The notes under the pieces were generated by a model, which was not told the origin of the DNA, ran no database searches, and was given only the letters and a program-made list of their open reading frames with translations. Positions 60,381 to 64,000 of a stretch of DNA of 64,000 bases are shown here, in pieces; positions within the stretch are counted from its first letter, which is position 1, and each line of letters opens with the position of its first letter. The DNA comes from Thermoproteota archaeon (GTDB lineage Archaea > Korarchaeota > Korarchaeia > B14-G2): contig JAVCBW010000036.1 in NCBI GenBank assembly GCA_037917675.1, forward strand, positions 27,307-91,306, in the 5' to 3' direction. The position numbers and the translations under genes were made by a program.

Positions 60381-61349
60381 ATGACGCTAGCAGATGAGGC
60401 CAAGAGAGAAATCCAAGCTATGGGACATATATCACTGAAGACCGCATCAGCTATAATACATTCAGAGAGCAGCATAGAAGACCTCCATACTCTAGCATCA
60501 CAGCCCAGGAGGATAGATGCATTCTACCCTGTAAAGCTTCCAAACCCAAAGTTCCCACCTATATCAATTACGGGCACGCAGTGCCAAGCTAACTGCAAGT
60601 ACTGCGGAGGCTACTTCCTAAAACACATGTATCCAGCTGAGTCGCCAGAGAAGCTCTGGAAGCTCTGCACAGAGCTAGCTGAGAGAGGCGCTAAGGGCTT
60701 TCTGATAAGCGGAGGATACAATGGTGAGGGCAAGGTCCCACTAGCTAGATTCCTTCCAGTAATAAGGAGGCTAAAAGAAGAGCTAGGCCTTTCATTCAAC
60801 ATTCACACAGGAATCCTCAGCTACCAGGAGGCTAAGCAAATAGCTAAAGCCAAGGTAGACGTTGTTAGCATAGATCTCATAGCAAGCAACAAGGTGATCA
60901 GAGAGCTGACGAACCTGGCGTTAACATCCAGAGACTACGAGAAGACGCTAGAAAACCTAGAGAGGGCAGGGTTAACTTATGCTCCTCACATATGCATAGG
61001 CCTATACTATGGGAGGATCAGAGGAGAAGTCAATGCTCTAAGGATGCTGATGAAAAGGGAGTTCAAGACGCTAATACTCCTAGTACTAGTTACCAGCAAG
61101 AGGACACAGATGAGAGATACCTGCCCTCCACCAGCAGAGAAGGCTGCTAAGGTAGTGCTGGCAGCTAGACTGCTGTTTCCAGAGGTTAGGCTAATACTAG
61201 GCTGCATGAGGCCAGGAGGTAAGTATAGGATAGTGCTAGACCAGGCTGCAGTGAAGCTCGGAGTAAATGGGATAGTCCAACCTGCAGCAAAAGGAACCTA
61301 CAGGATCATCGAGTCCTGCTGTGCTCTCGAGCCTCAAGAATGGCATTAA
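60381..61349 (+). CDS. Radical SAM protein (BioB-like fold, function unknown)
   Basis: SITGTQCQANCKYC, LISGG, NIHTG, LGCMRP. Confidence 0.85.
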   Translation: MTLADEAKREIQAMGHISLKTASAIIHSESSIEDLHTLASQPRRIDAFYPVKLPNPKFPPISITGTQCQANCKYCGGYFLKHMYPAESPEKLWKLCTELAERGAKGFLISGGYNGEGKVPLARFLPVIRRLKEELGLSFNIHTGILSYQEAKQIAKAKVDVVSIDLIASNKVIRELTNLALTSRDYEKTLENLERAGLTYAPHICIGLYYGRIRGEVNALRMLMKREFKTLILLVLVTSKRTQMRDTCPPPAEKAAKVVLAARLLFPEVRLILGCMRPGGKYRIVLDQAAVKLGVNGIVQPAAKGTYRIIESCCALEPQEWH

Positions 61350-64000
61350 GGTGCTGCCTTAAGCAATAAAAGACGCCCCTGACGCTCTTCTCCCTGACGA
61401 TGAGCCTGACAACCTGCTGCATGTCCTCAAGAACCTCTAAGACATCACTCCTACTGGCATTGCAAACTTTAGCCAAGTAGCTGAGAGTTTTAGGACCGTT
61501 TTTCAAGAGCAAAAGGATAAGGCCCTGAGGTCTCCACTCCCAGTCCTCAGCTCTCTCTCTATATCTCCACTCTTTACCATAGCATACTGCATATCCTAGT
61601 GCCTGAAGCTCAGCTAAGCTCCTCCTGACAGCTCTAGTGCTCTCACCGAGCTTTCTAGCTAGCTCCCCCTCTGTAGCGCTCCTCATGATCTTAAGGAGTT
61701 CAAGAACAACCTCACTTAGCTTACTCATCTTAAAGGGCTTGACTCCCATCACATATGATGTGAACTGCTCACTTGAGAGGATAAGCCGCCCTCCTGCCAG
61801 AGTATGGACTAGAATAGCTCCCCTACTCTCAAGCGCCCTCTGGAGAGCAGCGTTAAACTCCTCACTCCTGCTCCCTGTCAGCCTGAGAAGTCTTCTTGGA
61901 GGAACAGCTCCCAGGGTGTCTAGCGCCTGGAGTAGGCTGCCAGCAGAAACTATTCTGTGGCATCTAACTTTAGATCTGAGCTCAATAAGGTCTGAAACCC
62001 TCAATTTAATGCTCTCTACTCTCTTCCTCCTCAGAACCCATATCCTAGCCATCGCACCTGGCATGAGGACATCTCTGACAACTCCTTCATCTCTGAGCTC
62101 AACTAGAAGGTCAAGTACATCTCTAAGCTGTGCACCAACTCTCTTAGATAGCTCATATGCTGAGAGTGGAGCTCTAGAAAGCTCTGCAATGACTCTATCC
62201 CTAAGGCTTCCAGAGGGCTGTAACAAGCTTATGTAAGCTGGTCTAACGGCCTCCGGGAACCTAGATGCTACTTCAGATAAGAGGGGGCTTGGCTCATCTC
62301 GCTCGACAACCCTAAACTCAACCTGCTCTTTACTCACTCCCTCTAAGGCTCTTATGGCTACCTCAACATCCAAATATCTATGGTAGATGTCTTCGATTGC
62401 CTGCTTATGCAATACAGTGCCCTCTATCGCTGCTGCAAGCTGCTCAGGGCTGAGGTCAAGAAGCTTCTCAGCTTCCACCTTGACTCCAAGCCTTCCTGCT
62501 ATATCGCTGATGACAAACTTGAGTAGAGGCATATACCTTAAGCTCCTAGAGAGAATCTCCCTGAACTCTTCTGGAGAAGGTAGGGTTTCCTCCGGGGAAA
62601 GCTCCTCAACCCCCTCTATCACGAACCCATATGGGCTAACTTTAAGCCTGACAGCTCTACCAGCCAACGAAGCAGCCTTGAAAGCTGTAGCTCTCCCTAA
62701 GGCTTCAGCTCCTCTCCTCCCAAGGGGATAATAGAACGCGATAGAGTCACCAACCTTCTCCGCAACCATAATATGCCTGCTGGGAAGCACACCTAAGGCA
62801 TATAGGGTTCTCCTCGCTAGCTTCACAATAGCTAGGGCAGCCTGGTAGCTTAAGCCTTCACGCTTACAGAAGCTCTCAGCTGCCTTAGCAGGGTCTCCAG
62901 TTTCTCTAGCAGCATCCCTAAGCACCTCAAAAACCTCCTCAGCAACCTCTCTGGGGACTGGGATGGCTTCTCCTTCCCACCATGGAACCTCTCCTATGTG
63001 TTCTCTGGAGGGGGTAAGCTTCACCTTGTCTCGAGACACCTCAGCTACAACCCAGACCTTACCCTGAAATACTACAGCCTCCCCCTCACTAAGATACAGT
63101 GCTACAAAACGTGGATCCATGTACCCTACTACCTGCCCCTTATCATCTATAACCTTAATCTCCTCTCTTTCACTTATCACAGACAAGTTCTCATAGTAAT
63201 GCTTCCATATATCCCTAGCTGCAATTCTGCCATGCTGCTCTCTCCATCCTAGAGCCCTAACAACCTCCTTCAGCTCGCTTAGCTCCAGGCTCCTATATGG
63301 GTATGCTCTCTTAACGACATTATACGCTTCTCTCAGGCTGCTCTTCCCATCCAGTATGATCCCTGCTAGCTGGACAGCTAGCACATCAAGAGGCTTCTTA
63401 GGGATCCTAGGCTTCTCAAGCCAGCCTCGCCTAGCGAGCCTAGCTATAGCTAGGCTCTCAGCTGCATCAAGGGGGGTTTCAGCCAGGATGATCCCTCTAG
63501 CTCTCTTCCAAGCTCTATGGCCAGCCCTACCGACTCTCTGAAGCAAATTGGTTACAGTCCTAGGTGACCCATATTGGATCACCAATTCAAGCTCACCTAT
63601 ATCTATGCCAAGCTGAAGAGAAGATGTGCATACTACTCCAAGCAGGAAACCTGACTTCAGACTTGACTCGACTTCTACTCTAGTTTCCCTAGAGAGGGAG
63701 CTGTGATGTGTCCCAAATCCTACGTCTGGAGAGAGCTCTGCTATTAAATGTGAGAGAAGCTCAGCTGTAGACCTGGTATTGGTGAAGACGAGCACTCTAC
63801 CGCTAGCTTTAGCTAGCTCAACTATCCTCTTAGCCCTAACTAGAACCCACGGGCTTACACCAAGCTTCTCAGCTTCGCTAACATCTTCCTCAGAAGGATC
63901 ATGGTACTCCACCTCAATATCGATCATTTTGGTTACATCGAGGGAAGCTACTTCAAACCTAGTTTCCTCACCGGCTAGGAGCTCAGCTACAGCTTCTGGA
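61306..64000 (-). CDS. lhr: Lhr-like SF2 helicase with C-terminal winged-helix repeats (5' end outside the window)
   Basis: FTNTRSTAE, HHSSLSRE, TSSLQLGIDIG, QRVGRAGH; frame stays open to 64000. Confidence 0.88.
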   Translation of the reverse strand, partial: PEAVAELLAGEETRFEVASLDVTKMIDIEVEYHDPSEEDVSEAEKLGVSPWVLVRAKRIVELAKASGRVLVFTNTRSTAELLSHLIAELSPDVGFGTHHSSLSRETRVEVESSLKSGFLLGVVCTSSLQLGIDIGELELVIQYGSPRTVTNLLQRVGRAGHRAWKRARGIILAETPLDAAESLAIARLARRGWLEKPRIPKKPLDVLAVQLAGIILDGKSSLREAYNVVKRAYPYRSLELSELKEVVRALGWREQHGRIAARDIWKHYYENLSVISEREEIKVIDDKGQVVGYMDPRFVALYLSEGEAVVFQGKVWVVAEVSRDKVKLTPSREHIGEVPWWEGEAIPVPREVAEEVFEVLRDAARETGDPAKAAESFCKREGLSYQAALAIVKLARRTLYALGVLPSRHIMVAEKVGDSIAFYYPLGRRGAEALGRATAFKAASLAGRAVRLKVSPYGFVIEGVEELSPEETLPSPEEFREILSRSLRYMPLLKFVISDIAGRLGVKVEAEKLLDLSPEQLAAAIEGTVLHKQAIEDIYHRYLDVEVAIRALEGVSKEQVEFRVVERDEPSPLLSEVASRFPEAVRPAYISLLQPSGSLRDRVIAELSRAPLSAYELSKRVGAQLRDVLDLLVELRDEGVVRDVLMPGAMARIWVLRRKRVESIKLRVSDLIELRSKVRCHRIVSAGSLLQALDTLGAVPPRRLLRLTGSRSEEFNAALQRALESRGAILVHTLAGGRLILSSEQFTSYVMGVKPFKMSKLSEVVLELLKIMRSATEGELARKLGESTRAVRRSLAELQALGYAVCYGKEWRYRERAEDWEWRPQGLILLLLKNGPKTLSYLAKVCNASRSDVLEVLEDMQQVVRLIVREKSVRGVFYCLRQHLNAILEAREHSRTR

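Noticed and set aside
1-64000. CRISPR arrays, tRNA/rRNA genes, inteins in atpA, lig or cdc6
   Set aside because: No spaced direct repeats or cloverleaf/rRNA signatures were seen by eye, and protein lengths are normal.

Overview
Archaeal (TACK/Thermoproteota-like, probably thermophilic anaerobe; taxonomy is inference) chromosomal segment dominated by energy metabolism. It holds an 11-subunit complex I-like (Nuo/Fpo-like, no NuoEFG) operon, a Tat-exported group 1 [NiFe]-hydrogenase with cytochrome b, an A1Ao ATP synthase cluster, F420 and pterin biosynthesis genes, an MvhGA-like group 3c hydrogenase with hyp genes, and DNA repair/replication genes (endonuclease IV, Cdc6, ligase, Lhr). The standout is an EF-2 paralog whose G-domain is interrupted by a 30-nt stop-containing insert (55331-55360, minus strand). 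The insert folds into a bulge-helix-bulge motif, and canonical endonuclease cleavage restores the conserved 'TDYDEEERKRGITI' sequence, so it is a candidate archaeal pre-mRNA intron outside cbf5. Next to it, a radical SAM pseudogene carries a 267-bp insertion at a GG dinucleotide (IS607-like) with a TATA box and a structured, TnpB omega-RNA-like right end. No rRNA, tRNA or CRISPR array was seen. All calls come from reading sequence motifs; no database search was run.
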